Positions 30,401 to 37,337 of a DNA stretch of 64,000 nt are shown in pieces. The notes below the pieces were generated by a model. The model had not been told where the DNA came from. It ran no database searches and was given only the letters and a program-made list of their open reading frames with translations. Made by a program: the position numbers and the translations under genes. Within the stretch, counting starts at the first letter, position 1; each line of letters starts with the position of its first letter. The stretch is from a virus. Its lineage: Duplodnaviria > Caudoviricetes. The stretch lies in the IMG/VR virus record IMGVR_UViG_3300048549_001527; one strand, 5' to 3'.

Positions 30401-31032
30401 AAGGTGGTAGAATTAGAGCTGACGATGATGGTTCTATTTTTGCATTGTATCATGATAATGGCGAAGCAATTCTTTACGCCGACCAAGATTATATTACATA
30501 CATTTATTATAATGGTACTTGGGAAGGTCGTACAAGATCTGGTTACTTTGAAGCTCGCGGTTCGTTCCGGGCGCCATTATTCTATGACCAAAACAACACA
30601 TTCTACTATACGAATCCTGCATCAACTTCACGCATAAATGCTCTAAACGCATACGGTGAAATTCGTTCAGATGAAAACATTATTGCTTACTACGATTATT
30701 CTGATATTCGTTGGAAAGAAAATGTTAAAATTATTGATAATGCTGTAAATAAAGTTAAGCAACTTGATGGTATTACATATAACTACATTGACCGTGAAGG
30801 AGAATTCACTGGTGTAATTGCGCAGCAAGTTGAAAAGGTTCTTCCTGGAGTCGTATATGACACCGAAGATATGAAAACTGGTAAAGAACGTAAAGGTGTT
30901 CGTTACGGTAATATGGTTGGCTTATTGATTGAAGCCACAAAAGAGCAACAAAAAACTATAGAAAATCAGCAAGAAGAGATTGACAAATTAAAAGAATTGG
31001 TATATAGTCTAATGGACAAGTTAGATAAATAA
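21430..31032 (+). CDS. Giant long tail fibre / receptor-binding protein (3,200 aa) with C-terminal S74 chaperone
   Basis: GTG start with SD; GSGLDADLLDG motif; about 20 RAPIFYDSNNT.YY.NPASTS-like linkers; SDIRWKENV...GVIAQQV...VRYGNMVGLLIEA C-terminus. Confidence 0.85.
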   Translation: MANDKKFIVKNGLLTQENVVIGSTTDTGEKLQVTGTTKATGQVEITQATASPSLVVKNTNNTVGDQFVEFEGRTASLVLRDVGDGDYAWYNTSGATELKFNNNAGNGLEFSVGGNSKFQITTTQADFKIDPTVNGSTIWYANNDGAGSGLDADLLDGVEGASFVRSDEDDTMSGSYVITGNLTVQGVTTTVNSETVLIADNLLTLNSNYTGSTPTENAGWEVERGTLTNSSLQWDETNDWFKLISAGTDLGRIITTADEGSGNGFDADTVDGLEAAQFLRADADDTATGNITIEQVLTIGNNSGPARINFDGNGTNRSIYSTAGNIGFTNNSLSWSAYSDTNDDWIVTNDIYAKRFLDSDDNTFLVDPASTSKVNNIELAGNLSGAGGNTNDYITFASSTVQTHIDNTLRWTVGLTENVSNVIIKAPAYYDLNDVNYFLDPAGDSELKTILLDDYIIHRGDADTYMGFDAADAMTFVTGGTERFNLDNDSADFSVNVYAPKFIDSNNNTYFLDPGATSGPSLIVSQQIQGDDGTASIPGYGFEAGTSTGMYRSGADVLAFTQGGVNRFFVGFSSGAANYSLVDMRAPRFVDSDNTAYYADPASDSQMNTIDIDDYIRHRGDITTYIGFPTDGQISTFTNGAERMRTTDALTYFDQNVSVGTTSNSYTLDVYHATLDTIARFKSGDNRASIAVSDDDTTAYVLAENSLAHFGMTSFIDEANLVINADGNVGIGTVTPTEANLNLSTRSAATNNPFAAANKLLSLQDNDTEKSYWALDNSSNVWIIGNGEYLFSTTGASIGVTIDATNGELVVGDQNGTYATMDGTYEGVSISATPSPSANKLHVNGSVQLNSQTDVFAISAADGGNANINAATFLGVNELGFSAGGGFFMDDTTTIKTRGNKNIQTTGDMYAGRFYDDDNNNYYGDFASTSQMAQIDIDTYIRHRGDTNTYFGFEANDTFRIWTDGTQRFNIDNNSADFAVNVYAPIYFDSNNNTYYGDFGNTDVSIKMAGEILGGDGALATPTYAFNSQANSGMYKYAANVLGFSANGNDEFRVYSSYSLSPGSSRAPIFYDSDNTAYYTNPASTSYLYNAYIKGGHDDTRLQLWYPSATAANEAFLTLWASEPALTYHGAGIGANIDFNGQYYGRETAGQPYGVYLRFRPDIGEASLNTTIGTPDTAGAAQVKHFYVLPDGNVFARTSSRAPIFYDSNNTAFYTDQASTSLHNVQRVQQLQVDSATYTIDGVTGDYGSIKVSGDTGSYAGYAINDDWVFMATGSTSAGIFNDTRNEWVLQATDNSWTRLYANGVHQIGAENGYGYAPTQMRAPVFYDSDNTSFFANFAAGNTSTAISINGQISRTGFATGDVTTNKYLIAEDRNHWVWTPTNNWGIFWATTTSSLAHFGSANPNELTFVGNGDIKASIDLDNGNFYAKGEGTFSNIRISGGNEDLPLLKSYGSGLADTVLFDGTMYWEKRVIQAMQGTEDSATTSTADFVKSGIAPVASSYIIRTSGYRTFVSDYIEVEPGEELYGEIAARYVSGSGSTLYYGIERFDKDKNPIAANTGTTYFVASNVNVSSTSWTTYSGHTTIPTSHTAFSGSDGSGVKYVRIRLLMNYQTTGALREFGPPILKRTQVHSRLRSSNIYAPIMYDADDNNYYVDPNATSKMNVVDASNFRDRDNTAYFMNPQTGGRVSGPWDWSNGSIENLNNLSFNDPGPQEGIKWKGGETWQIYESPNDLTTNAGGNLQFTSSSLGTGAGTMRMRVETDGDVHAGNRMFATAFIDSNDTGFSANPASTSVFSKLHIGSTSNLGDGTDPDISTSIIQATSKIVTPRVVFLNDGTGDDNYIQHSDTNSAHTVAGQQMGAWFEFIGDKISATDSNSAGIVASGLKSRYGSFQNRLDAAIMYDYSSTSYYVDPASTSRLNTLRTNRLYPAYDNNSSVYFDYPSSYGTYGSVAVYGSGRSGYSGYSINNRYVFMSSSITNMGLYNDYDNEWMLYGIRNAGVDLYYNGAVQLETENGFGYARNQMRSPIFYDSNNTSYYGDFASLSRFNAVNLNTLQFNGLTFTNPEVGIWYEYASSYGSGYNQLYTRLGRQQNSDRTTIIEYYFTQNWNGFGQVGGKIYVRRGSGTNKMGITHVPNEVNMYHTTAGSNLANAPEVYVDNSNYVWVGMPYGADADAKIYFRYVQKAGFEEGFYFGNHFQNSAITQTNGTTLAHAGPIGPGIHWNVGVGNASADFAGGPYSYGGFGYLHANAVYVSGNVQAQNNAQRYLDLTGNSHLTSLDLFGNLRIDNGNEIRLDTSSGTTRGYIEATETNDAHLIIATSGGEDISFRDGGIGGQWNMIVRGDGDVLTNRNHYAQAFYDRNDSARYVNPNGTSEMGTIRADRFDMRDRGDFITFYGDDSTNHSISSRNNAGDASDDIRINTYGSLWINLDSNNNNTSGADFRIGRHGGATGDIVQTGLFDVYGDSLYAYSAYSFRSPIFYDSNDTTYYTNPASTSVMNTLDVRSEVYNDGWFRNDTGGRGLYSTAHAMHWYATDDNYWDLSHNDDNASIGIRLRGTYDGTIRGYLYAESDNDFGLLGSQGSWRLRVVAGDWIDAAGSSVRAKIFYDRDNTGYYFNGASTSRSNYHRINNLYDSQERRYTAPNGGQYTTTTSSVTGAIRIRLPTNRFKSNTMMKFKVSVYEYSTGRTHEFLISGYNNNNTNQQWYNVAATQLTDDNRGAYNIRWGGNGTDNIVWIGETNSSWSYPQVHVQWVDVGYSGYSTNWGQDWVIDFVTSFDTVRTTRIASLVYTLNNRDNWAYDLRGTLFYDNNNTGYYCDPNSISNLNVVYANRIRVDDGGTGGHIYTDDTYLDLSYGATGGGGIRLYDSNDDLQGYWYGNGSGEHGFLDNDENWAIRIRTGSNSMLFYTDTNNEFQIHTTYTYSPGSSRAPIFYDSNDTAKYTNPAGTSQMYRISQLDRLTFVSGPYIDDGDEDNRLNFYTSDTDNGQFYFTEANGQGGRIRADDDGSIFALYHDNGEAILYADQDYITYIYYNGTWEGRTRSGYFEARGSFRAPLFYDQNNTFYYTNPASTSRINALNAYGEIRSDENIIAYYDYSDIRWKENVKIIDNAVNKVKQLDGITYNYIDREGEFTGVIAQQVEKVLPGVVYDTEDMKTGKERKGVRYGNMVGLLIEATKEQQKTIENQQEEIDKLKELVYSLMDKLDK
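22483..30640 (+). repeat. About 20 dispersed copies of a ~24-aa linker repeat within the giant fibre
   Basis: For example RAPIFYDSDNTAYYTNPASTS (24625), RAPIFYDSNNTAFYTDQASTS (25030), RSPIFYDSNDTTYYTNPASTS (28846), RAPLFYDQNNTFYYTNPASTS (30568). Confidence 0.9.
31024..31031 (+). promoter_or_regulatory. Possible late promoter variant (NATAAATA)
   Basis: GATAAATA at the end of the fibre gene, upstream of two small genes. Confidence 0.45.
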
Positions 31033-31061
31033 ACTTATAATTAACAACGGAGAAAATAAAA

Positions 31062-31442
31062 ATGGCTTTTACATACGAATGGTCGGTGACCAACCTGAAG
31101 GTTAAGGATCAAGTTAACTCAGAAGGTGCTACACTTCAAAACGCAGTTGTCCAAACTCATTGGTCAGTAACTGGAACTGACGAAAATGGTAATTCCGCTT
31201 CCTTTTCAGGCGCAACACCATTTACCGCAGAAAACGTGCCAGCCGGTACATTTACGGCATTTGCAGATTTAACAGAAGCAAATGTTTTAGCTTGGATCCA
31301 AAATGTGGTAAATAGCGACGCAGGATATAAAGCGCATATTGACGAACGAATTCAATTTGAAATTGATAAAGATCTTGTAACTGAGATTGAAGAAGATTCG
31401 CTTCCGTGGGCTGCTGGTGGCGACGCCGAAGCTCCAGAATAA
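31062..31442 (+). CDS. Small fibre-associated protein, probable assembly chaperone (paralogue 1)
   Basis: Y(E/T)W....K..D.VN..G.TL...V....W...G...G.S..F.G.T......F..LTE..V..W.Q shared with the next ORF; GGAG SD. Confidence 0.65.
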   Translation: MAFTYEWSVTNLKVKDQVNSEGATLQNAVVQTHWSVTGTDENGNSASFSGATPFTAENVPAGTFTAFADLTEANVLAWIQNVVNSDAGYKAHIDERIQFEIDKDLVTEIEEDSLPWAAGGDAEAPE

Positions 31443-31459
31443 GAAGAGGTACTTAATCC

Positions 31460-31792
31460 ATGGAATATACTTGGAAAATAATAAAGTATAGGACTAGGGA
31501 CGAGGTAAATGCTGACGGCATTACTCTTTCAGATTCTGTGGTGTCAGTAGATTGGAAAAAAACCGGTACTGCGCTTAACGGGGTATCTTCACGTTATATA
31601 GGAACAACTGACATATCGGCTGCTAGCACTGCAGCGGCCGATTTTGTTTCTTTAACAGATATCACTGAAGATCATTTAATTGGATGGGTTCAAGAATCTT
31701 TATCATCTGAAGATGAACACGTCATAAATGAAACTTTAGCTAAAAAAATTGCAAAAAAGAACGACGTAAAACGCGCCGCGAATTTTAGCTAA
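31460..31792 (+). CDS. Small fibre-associated protein (paralogue 2)
   Basis: Aligns by eye with 31062..31442; GAGG SD. Confidence 0.65.
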   Translation: MEYTWKIIKYRTRDEVNADGITLSDSVVSVDWKKTGTALNGVSSRYIGTTDISAASTAAADFVSLTDITEDHLIGWVQESLSSEDEHVINETLAKKIAKKNDVKRAANFS

Positions 31793-31821
31793 ATAAATTA
31801 AATTTATATTATGGAGGTACT

Positions 31822-32862
31822 ATGCACGAACTGCATACAGGTGGCCTAGTTAAATACGCATTACGCAGAGGTGGATCTATTCACCCGGTCATCGTCCCAG
31901 AGTCAGTTTTAGGTAACCAAACCGGGACGATGAATCCATCTATCTTTGTTCATAAAGATAAAATTCTTATGAACTTACGTCATATCAATTATATTTTATA
32001 TCATAGCGAAGGTAAGAAGTTTCCTCACACGTGGGGTCCTTTGGTATACGTACATCCACAAAACGATGTGACATTAACTACATATAATGTTATGTGTGAA
32101 TTTGATTTAAATTTGAATTTAGTATCCGCGGGCAAAGTTAATACTTCTGATTTTGATACTAAACCAACATGGAACTTTATTGGCTTAGAAGATGCTCGTT
32201 TATTTAGTTGGGATGACAAGCTTTATCTTTGCGGCGTACGTAGAGACTGTTATGATGCCAATGGCAAAGGCCGAATGGAAATGGCTGAAATAGAATTTCA
32301 TAACAATGAATGGAAAGAAGTATCTCGTAATCCAATTCCAGCACCAGGAGATGATAGTAGCTATTGTGAAAAAAATTGGATGCCAATTAACGATATGCCT
32401 TATCATTTTGTTAAATGGTCAAATCCAACTCAGGTAGTACATTACGATATTGATAAAAGAGTTACTACTGATGTGACTCTCAAAACAATGGAAGAAAGAT
32501 TTCCATTACAAAAAGATCTCCGTGGTGGATCTCAAGTTATTCGTATAAATGAAAACCGCCAAATGTGTTTAGTTCATGAAACAAATCTATTAAAAGATCC
32601 ATTCAATAGAAAAGATGGAAATTATGCTCACCGTGTTATTATATATGATAATGATTGGAACATAACTAACGTTTCACCCGAGTTTCATTTCTTAGGTACT
32701 TATTATGATCACGTAAAAGGTCAAGATTACAATATTGAATTTTGCACCGGTGTTGCGCTTGTCGGAGAAGATTTATTAATATCTTTTGGTTTATCAGATA
32801 ACGTATCTTATATACTGAAAATTCCAACAAGTGTGTTTTTTGATTTTGTATCTAGAGGATGA
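31822..32862 (+). CDS. Five-bladed beta-propeller glycoside hydrolase/transferase-like protein (GH130/GH43-like clan)
   Basis: Motifs NPSI, GLEDARL, EKNWMP, LRGGSQ, IEFCTG; GGAGG SD. Confidence 0.65.
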   Translation: MHELHTGGLVKYALRRGGSIHPVIVPESVLGNQTGTMNPSIFVHKDKILMNLRHINYILYHSEGKKFPHTWGPLVYVHPQNDVTLTTYNVMCEFDLNLNLVSAGKVNTSDFDTKPTWNFIGLEDARLFSWDDKLYLCGVRRDCYDANGKGRMEMAEIEFHNNEWKEVSRNPIPAPGDDSSYCEKNWMPINDMPYHFVKWSNPTQVVHYDIDKRVTTDVTLKTMEERFPLQKDLRGGSQVIRINENRQMCLVHETNLLKDPFNRKDGNYAHRVIIYDNDWNITNVSPEFHFLGTYYDHVKGQDYNIEFCTGVALVGEDLLISFGLSDNVSYILKIPTSVFFDFVSRG

Positions 32863-32865
32863 TAA

Positions 32866-34104
32866 ATGAGTAATATTCAACAACTCTTAAATGACTTTGT
32901 TATGGACTACAAAAATCCATTTAAAATGTATGAACTTGCGAAAGAATACGATAAATTGGATCAAGATGCCGCAGCGTTTACTTATTACTTAAGAGCTGCA
33001 GAGTTTTGTAATGGTGAAACGTATGATGAAAAACTACTTCAATATAAATCTTTGATTTTAGGAGCAAAATGTTTTGCAGATCAAAAAAATAGGGAAGTAA
33101 CAGTTTACAGTTTATTAAAAATGGCAATCACGGTTCTACCAAACAGACCTGAAGCTTATTATTTTATGTGTAATTATTGTGAGGAAAACGGTGAATGGCG
33201 CGAATCTTTAGTTTATTCATCAATCGGATTATTATTTGTTAATACTGAGTTAAGTATAGGTGATAACGATATTGATTATCCAGGTAAGCAAGGATTGTTA
33301 TATCATAACGCATCGGGGTCCTGGAAAGATAATGGTACCGACGAGTCTAAACGTTTATTGTTTAATGTAGCTTATGATAAAAATATTGACAAAGAATGGA
33401 AAGATAAATCAATTGGGTGGTTAAATAATATAGGATATCCAAGTTATATTCCATACGAAGGGGAAGCTGAAAAATACAAGTTTCCATTCCCTGGTATTGA
33501 AAAGGTTGAAAAGAATTATGCAAGGCATTATCAAGATATGTTTGTGTTATCTGCATTGGACGGAAAAGAAAATGGCATTTGGGTAGAAATTGGATCTGGG
33601 CTGCCATATAAAGCAAATAATACCGCATTACTTGAAGACACGTTTAATTGGAAAGGATTGTCTATTGACAATTCAGAAAGAGCATGTTATAATTATTCCA
33701 AAGAAAGAACAAGTACTGTAGTGATGGCAGATGGTAAAGATATTCATTATCCTTCAATGTTTAAGCAAAGCTGTCTAACTGATTGGATTGACTTTTTAAG
33801 AATTAACGCAGAACAAGTATCACTTGACGTATTAAAGAAAATACCTTTCGGCCAATACGAATATGGTGTAATTCAATTTCAGCATAATGCATGTTGGTGG
33901 GGTCCTGAGTTTAGAGAAGAATCAAGAGCATATCTTAAAGATATAGGATATGTGTTGGCAGTTAACGATGTGGCAATGGATCCACTTTCAAATTATGAAG
34001 ATTGGTGGTTGCATCCACAAGTGGCGCAACAAAAACCAAACATGATTGTAAATGGCCACCCTGATAAGAAAAACTTTATATATGATTATGTAATGAAGGA
34101 GTAA
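32866..34104 (+). CDS. TPR-repeat protein fused to a FkbM-like class I methyltransferase-like domain
   Basis: Helical N-terminus (A..YY..AAE, PNRPEAYY); C-terminal QDMFVL..LDGK.NG.WVEIGS...NNT.LLE..FNWKGLSID. Confidence 0.6.
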   Translation: MSNIQQLLNDFVMDYKNPFKMYELAKEYDKLDQDAAAFTYYLRAAEFCNGETYDEKLLQYKSLILGAKCFADQKNREVTVYSLLKMAITVLPNRPEAYYFMCNYCEENGEWRESLVYSSIGLLFVNTELSIGDNDIDYPGKQGLLYHNASGSWKDNGTDESKRLLFNVAYDKNIDKEWKDKSIGWLNNIGYPSYIPYEGEAEKYKFPFPGIEKVEKNYARHYQDMFVLSALDGKENGIWVEIGSGLPYKANNTALLEDTFNWKGLSIDNSERACYNYSKERTSTVVMADGKDIHYPSMFKQSCLTDWIDFLRINAEQVSLDVLKKIPFGQYEYGVIQFQHNACWWGPEFREESRAYLKDIGYVLAVNDVAMDPLSNYEDWWLHPQVAQQKPNMIVNGHPDKKNFIYDYVMKE

Positions 34105-34107
34105 ATT

Positions 34108-34881
34108 ATGAAAATTGTTATTGTTACTGGCGGATTTGATCCAGTTCACTCAGGCCATATTGAATATTTTAAAGCTGCAGCTAAGTTAGGAGATAGTCTT
34201 TTAGTAGGCGTTAACAGTGATGAATGGCTATCACGCAAAAAAGGTAAACCATTTATGCCTATAGAAGAACGTACCGCAATCTTAGACGCCTTAGCAGTTG
34301 TTGATAGTGTGTTTGAATTTGATGATAGTGATGATACTGCAGTAGGAGCTATAAGACAAATACGAAAAGAATTTCCTGATGCTACAATTATATTTGCAAA
34401 CGGAGGAGACCGCCAAAAAGGTACAACACCTGAAGTTGAATACGCAAAGGAATTGATTGAAGAAGGTAAGATAAGTTTTGTTTTTGGAGTTGGCGGAAAC
34501 GATAAAAAGAACAGCTCATCTTGGTTACTTGAAAATTGGGATAAGCCTGAGGTACAAAGACTATGGGGTAAATATCGTAACCTTGATAACAATGGCCACT
34601 GGCAAGTTAAAGAATTATCTATTGATGTTAAAAAATCGCTTTCAGATCAAAAACACTTTGTTCGCTCGGAGCATTGGCATATTGTTGATGGCAAACTTGA
34701 AATGAATCTTGAGTTTCCAAATGGATATAAGACATCTAAGATTTACTCTACTGGCGATAGTATTGACATCCCTCCACAAACTTGGCACAAGGCAATAAAC
34801 GTTGGTAAACGGCCAGTAAAAGTAATTGAAGTATGGATGGGCGACGTTTTATCAGAGGATGACATAGAAAGGCGAAATTAA
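34108..34881 (+). CDS. Cytidylyltransferase-like (HxGH) domain fused to a mannose-6-phosphate-isomerase-type cupin
   Basis: TGGFDPVHSGH...VGVNSD...FANGGDR; then RLWGKY...VKEL.I....LS.QKH..RSEHW.IV.G...WHKA.N. Confidence 0.8.
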   Translation: MKIVIVTGGFDPVHSGHIEYFKAAAKLGDSLLVGVNSDEWLSRKKGKPFMPIEERTAILDALAVVDSVFEFDDSDDTAVGAIRQIRKEFPDATIIFANGGDRQKGTTPEVEYAKELIEEGKISFVFGVGGNDKKNSSSWLLENWDKPEVQRLWGKYRNLDNNGHWQVKELSIDVKKSLSDQKHFVRSEHWHIVDGKLEMNLEFPNGYKTSKIYSTGDSIDIPPQTWHKAINVGKRPVKVIEVWMGDVLSEDDIERRN

Positions 34882-34902
34882 TTTTGCCCTACCTCTACAT
34901 AT

Positions 34903-34910
34903 TATAAATA
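34903..34910 (+). promoter_or_regulatory. T4-type late promoter for gp13
   Basis: TATAAATA. Confidence 0.8.
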
Positions 34911-34943
34911 GACTATAAAGCAAAAGTATCTTAGAGGTTTACT

Positions 34944-35687
34944 ATGGCTCAGCCTACAAGCAAAGAAGAATTTAAAGATTACGTCCTTAGAAAATTAGGC
35001 GCACCGGTTATTGAAATAAACGTATCCGAAGAGCAAATAGACGATCGTGTAGATGAGGCTGTTTCTTTTTGGAGAGATTATCATTATAACGGAAGTCAAC
35101 TTGTTTATTTAAAACACGCTATTACACAAGATGATATTGATAATGGTTACATTACACTTCCTACACGACTTTTAGGTATATCAAAAGTATTTGATTTGCA
35201 AACTTCTATTAGCGCAGGTGTTGGAATGTTCAATGTTCAATACCAATATACTTTAAATAACATAAGAGATATCACCGGATATAATATTCAAAACTATTAT
35301 ATGACTATGTCTTATATTGAATTCTTACAAGAAATGCTTGTAGGAAAACCTTTAATCAGATTTAACAAACATGTGAATAAGCTGTACGTTGATGTTGACC
35401 AAAAGATTTGGACTGTCGGCGATTTTATTATTATTGAAGCTTATGATATTATTGACGAAACAGAATATGCTGAAGTTTGGACGGATCGTTGGCTGCAAAA
35501 TTATACTGCCGCTTTAGTAAAAGAAAACTGGGGCGCAAACCTTACAAAGTTTGTTGGAATGCAACTAGTCGGTGGCGTAACTTTTAATGGCGAACAGATT
35601 TTACAAGAGGCAAGAGAAGAACGTCAGCGAATGGAAGAAGAAGCTGTTAATTCTCTTCAGCCACTCACATATAATTTTATTGGATAA
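34944..35687 (+). CDS. gp13: Neck protein gp13
   Basis: Y.LRKLGAPVIEINVSEEQIDDRVDEA; W.D.WL..Y..AL.K..WG.NL.KF.G.QL.GGVT.NG; synteny. Confidence 0.95.
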   Translation: MAQPTSKEEFKDYVLRKLGAPVIEINVSEEQIDDRVDEAVSFWRDYHYNGSQLVYLKHAITQDDIDNGYITLPTRLLGISKVFDLQTSISAGVGMFNVQYQYTLNNIRDITGYNIQNYYMTMSYIEFLQEMLVGKPLIRFNKHVNKLYVDVDQKIWTVGDFIIIEAYDIIDETEYAEVWTDRWLQNYTAALVKENWGANLTKFVGMQLVGGVTFNGEQILQEAREERQRMEEEAVNSLQPLTYNFIG

Positions 35688-35690
35688 GTC

Positions 35691-36398
35691 ATGGCTACGA
35701 ATCCCTATTTCCGAAACTACGGTAACTTTAACGAACAAAACTTAATAGACGATTTAGTCATTGAGTCAATTAAAATGTATGGTGTTGACATTGCATACAT
35801 ACCAAGAAACTTTGACTCTATTGACAATATCTTAAATGAAGATGATACCTCAACCTTCGGTGGTGATTTAACAACACAAGGTGGTAACAACTATAGCATT
35901 GTTTACGATATGGAAATGTATGTTAAGAGTGTTGATGGTTTTGAAGGAGAAGGGGATTTCTTAAGTAGATTTGGTTTACAAATACGAGATCAAGTAACGT
36001 TTAGCGTTGCATATAGAACTTTTGAACGTTTTGCTACTCGCTTAGATCCTGACCAAACAAGACCAAATGAAGGTGATGTAATTTACTTTCCACTTAATGA
36101 TAAAATGTTTAAAGTTATGTTTGTTGAACATGAGTCAGTATTCTATCAACACGGTGCATTACAAGTATATGATTTACGCTGCGAATTGTTTGAATATTCT
36201 GGCGAACGTTTCCAAACAGGTCGTTACGAAATTGACCATCACTTTGATGATGTTGATATTACACAGGCAACTACTTTAACTCAATTGGCAAATACAGACC
36301 CAGTTGCAAAAAATGTTTACTTTGAAGCTGAAGCTGATAGTGTTCTTGACTTCTCAGAAATAGATCCATTCAGTGAAAACATTAGTATACCGGATTAA
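35691..36398 (+). CDS. gp14: Neck protein gp14
   Basis: NPYF....EQ.L..DL..ESI.MYG.D..YIPR; GFEG.GDF.S.FG.QI.D; RP.EGD.IYFP; synteny. Confidence 0.95.
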   Translation: MATNPYFRNYGNFNEQNLIDDLVIESIKMYGVDIAYIPRNFDSIDNILNEDDTSTFGGDLTTQGGNNYSIVYDMEMYVKSVDGFEGEGDFLSRFGLQIRDQVTFSVAYRTFERFATRLDPDQTRPNEGDVIYFPLNDKMFKVMFVEHESVFYQHGALQVYDLRCELFEYSGERFQTGRYEIDHHFDDVDITQATTLTQLANTDPVAKNVYFEAEADSVLDFSEIDPFSENISIPD

Positions 36399-36403
36399 TA
36401 TAA

Positions 36404-37309
36404 ATGGCAATAGCAAATTACTTTTACAATCAAACGACAAGAAAATATGTTGCCATCTTTGGTACACTGTTTAATCAGTTGTCTATTCAGCGCGTGAATG
36501 CGCAAGGAACAACTTTTCAAACTGCAATTGTTCCATTATCATATGCTCCTTTTCAAAAAATACTTGCAAGAGTTGAGCAAGATGCAAATCTTAATCGCCA
36601 GTCGGCTATTACATTACCGCGGATGTCTTTTGAAATTACATCTATGCAATATGACGGCGAACGTAGGATTTCAGTAAGACACAAGATACCAAAAACATTA
36701 AGAGAAAGTGACTCCTCTTTAAATTACGTTTATGCAGGAGCTCCATATAACTTAGAATTTTCATTGTATATCATGGCAAAATATCAAGAAGATGCAACTA
36801 AAATAGTTGAGCAAATTATACCATTCTTTCAACCTGACTTTACAGTAAGTGCAAAACTAATTGAAAATCTTCCACCTTTAGACGTACCTATTATTTTAAA
36901 TAGTGTAGTGAACGAAGAATTATATGAAGGCGATTTTACTGAAAGACGAACAGTAATGTACACTCTTAACTTTACGTTAAAAGGAATGTTTTACGGACCA
37001 GAACGGACCAAAAAAGTTATTAAGTTTATTGATACTCAATATGCAACAGATACGGCAGATGATTCTCCTTTTGAAGAAAGTACTGAAACGTTTGTTGTTG
37101 ACCTTGCAAATAGCGCAGTAGGTTGGGCAGACGTTGAGTATACTGATAATTGGGTTGCAAACACTGTATTCCAAGGTAGTGGCCTATATGGAAATAGTGC
37201 TCCTGTTGAACTTGATATCTTTACAGGTAATACTGCTGTAGATCTTGATAGCGGCAACACTAGCATTGATTTAGAATCAAGCGATATTGCAATTGATGAC
37301 TTAGATTAA
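36404..37309 (+). CDS. gp15: Tail terminator / sheath stabiliser gp15
   Basis: YFYN...RKY...FG.LFN; VPL.YAP..K.L; LPRMSFE; VPI.L.SV...YEGDF..RR...YTL.FT.K. Confidence 0.95.
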   Translation: MAIANYFYNQTTRKYVAIFGTLFNQLSIQRVNAQGTTFQTAIVPLSYAPFQKILARVEQDANLNRQSAITLPRMSFEITSMQYDGERRISVRHKIPKTLRESDSSLNYVYAGAPYNLEFSLYIMAKYQEDATKIVEQIIPFFQPDFTVSAKLIENLPPLDVPIILNSVVNEELYEGDFTERRTVMYTLNFTLKGMFYGPERTKKVIKFIDTQYATDTADDSPFEESTETFVVDLANSAVGWADVEYTDNWVANTVFQGSGLYGNSAPVELDIFTGNTAVDLDSGNTSIDLESSDIAIDDLD

Positions 37310-37337
37310 TCAATACAGATAATAGGAAAAAACTCAA

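Noticed and set aside
34146-34592. 148-aa antisense ORF, and similar antisense ORFs over gp18-gp23
   Set aside because: Fully overlap well-supported genes; no RBS or recognisable motifs
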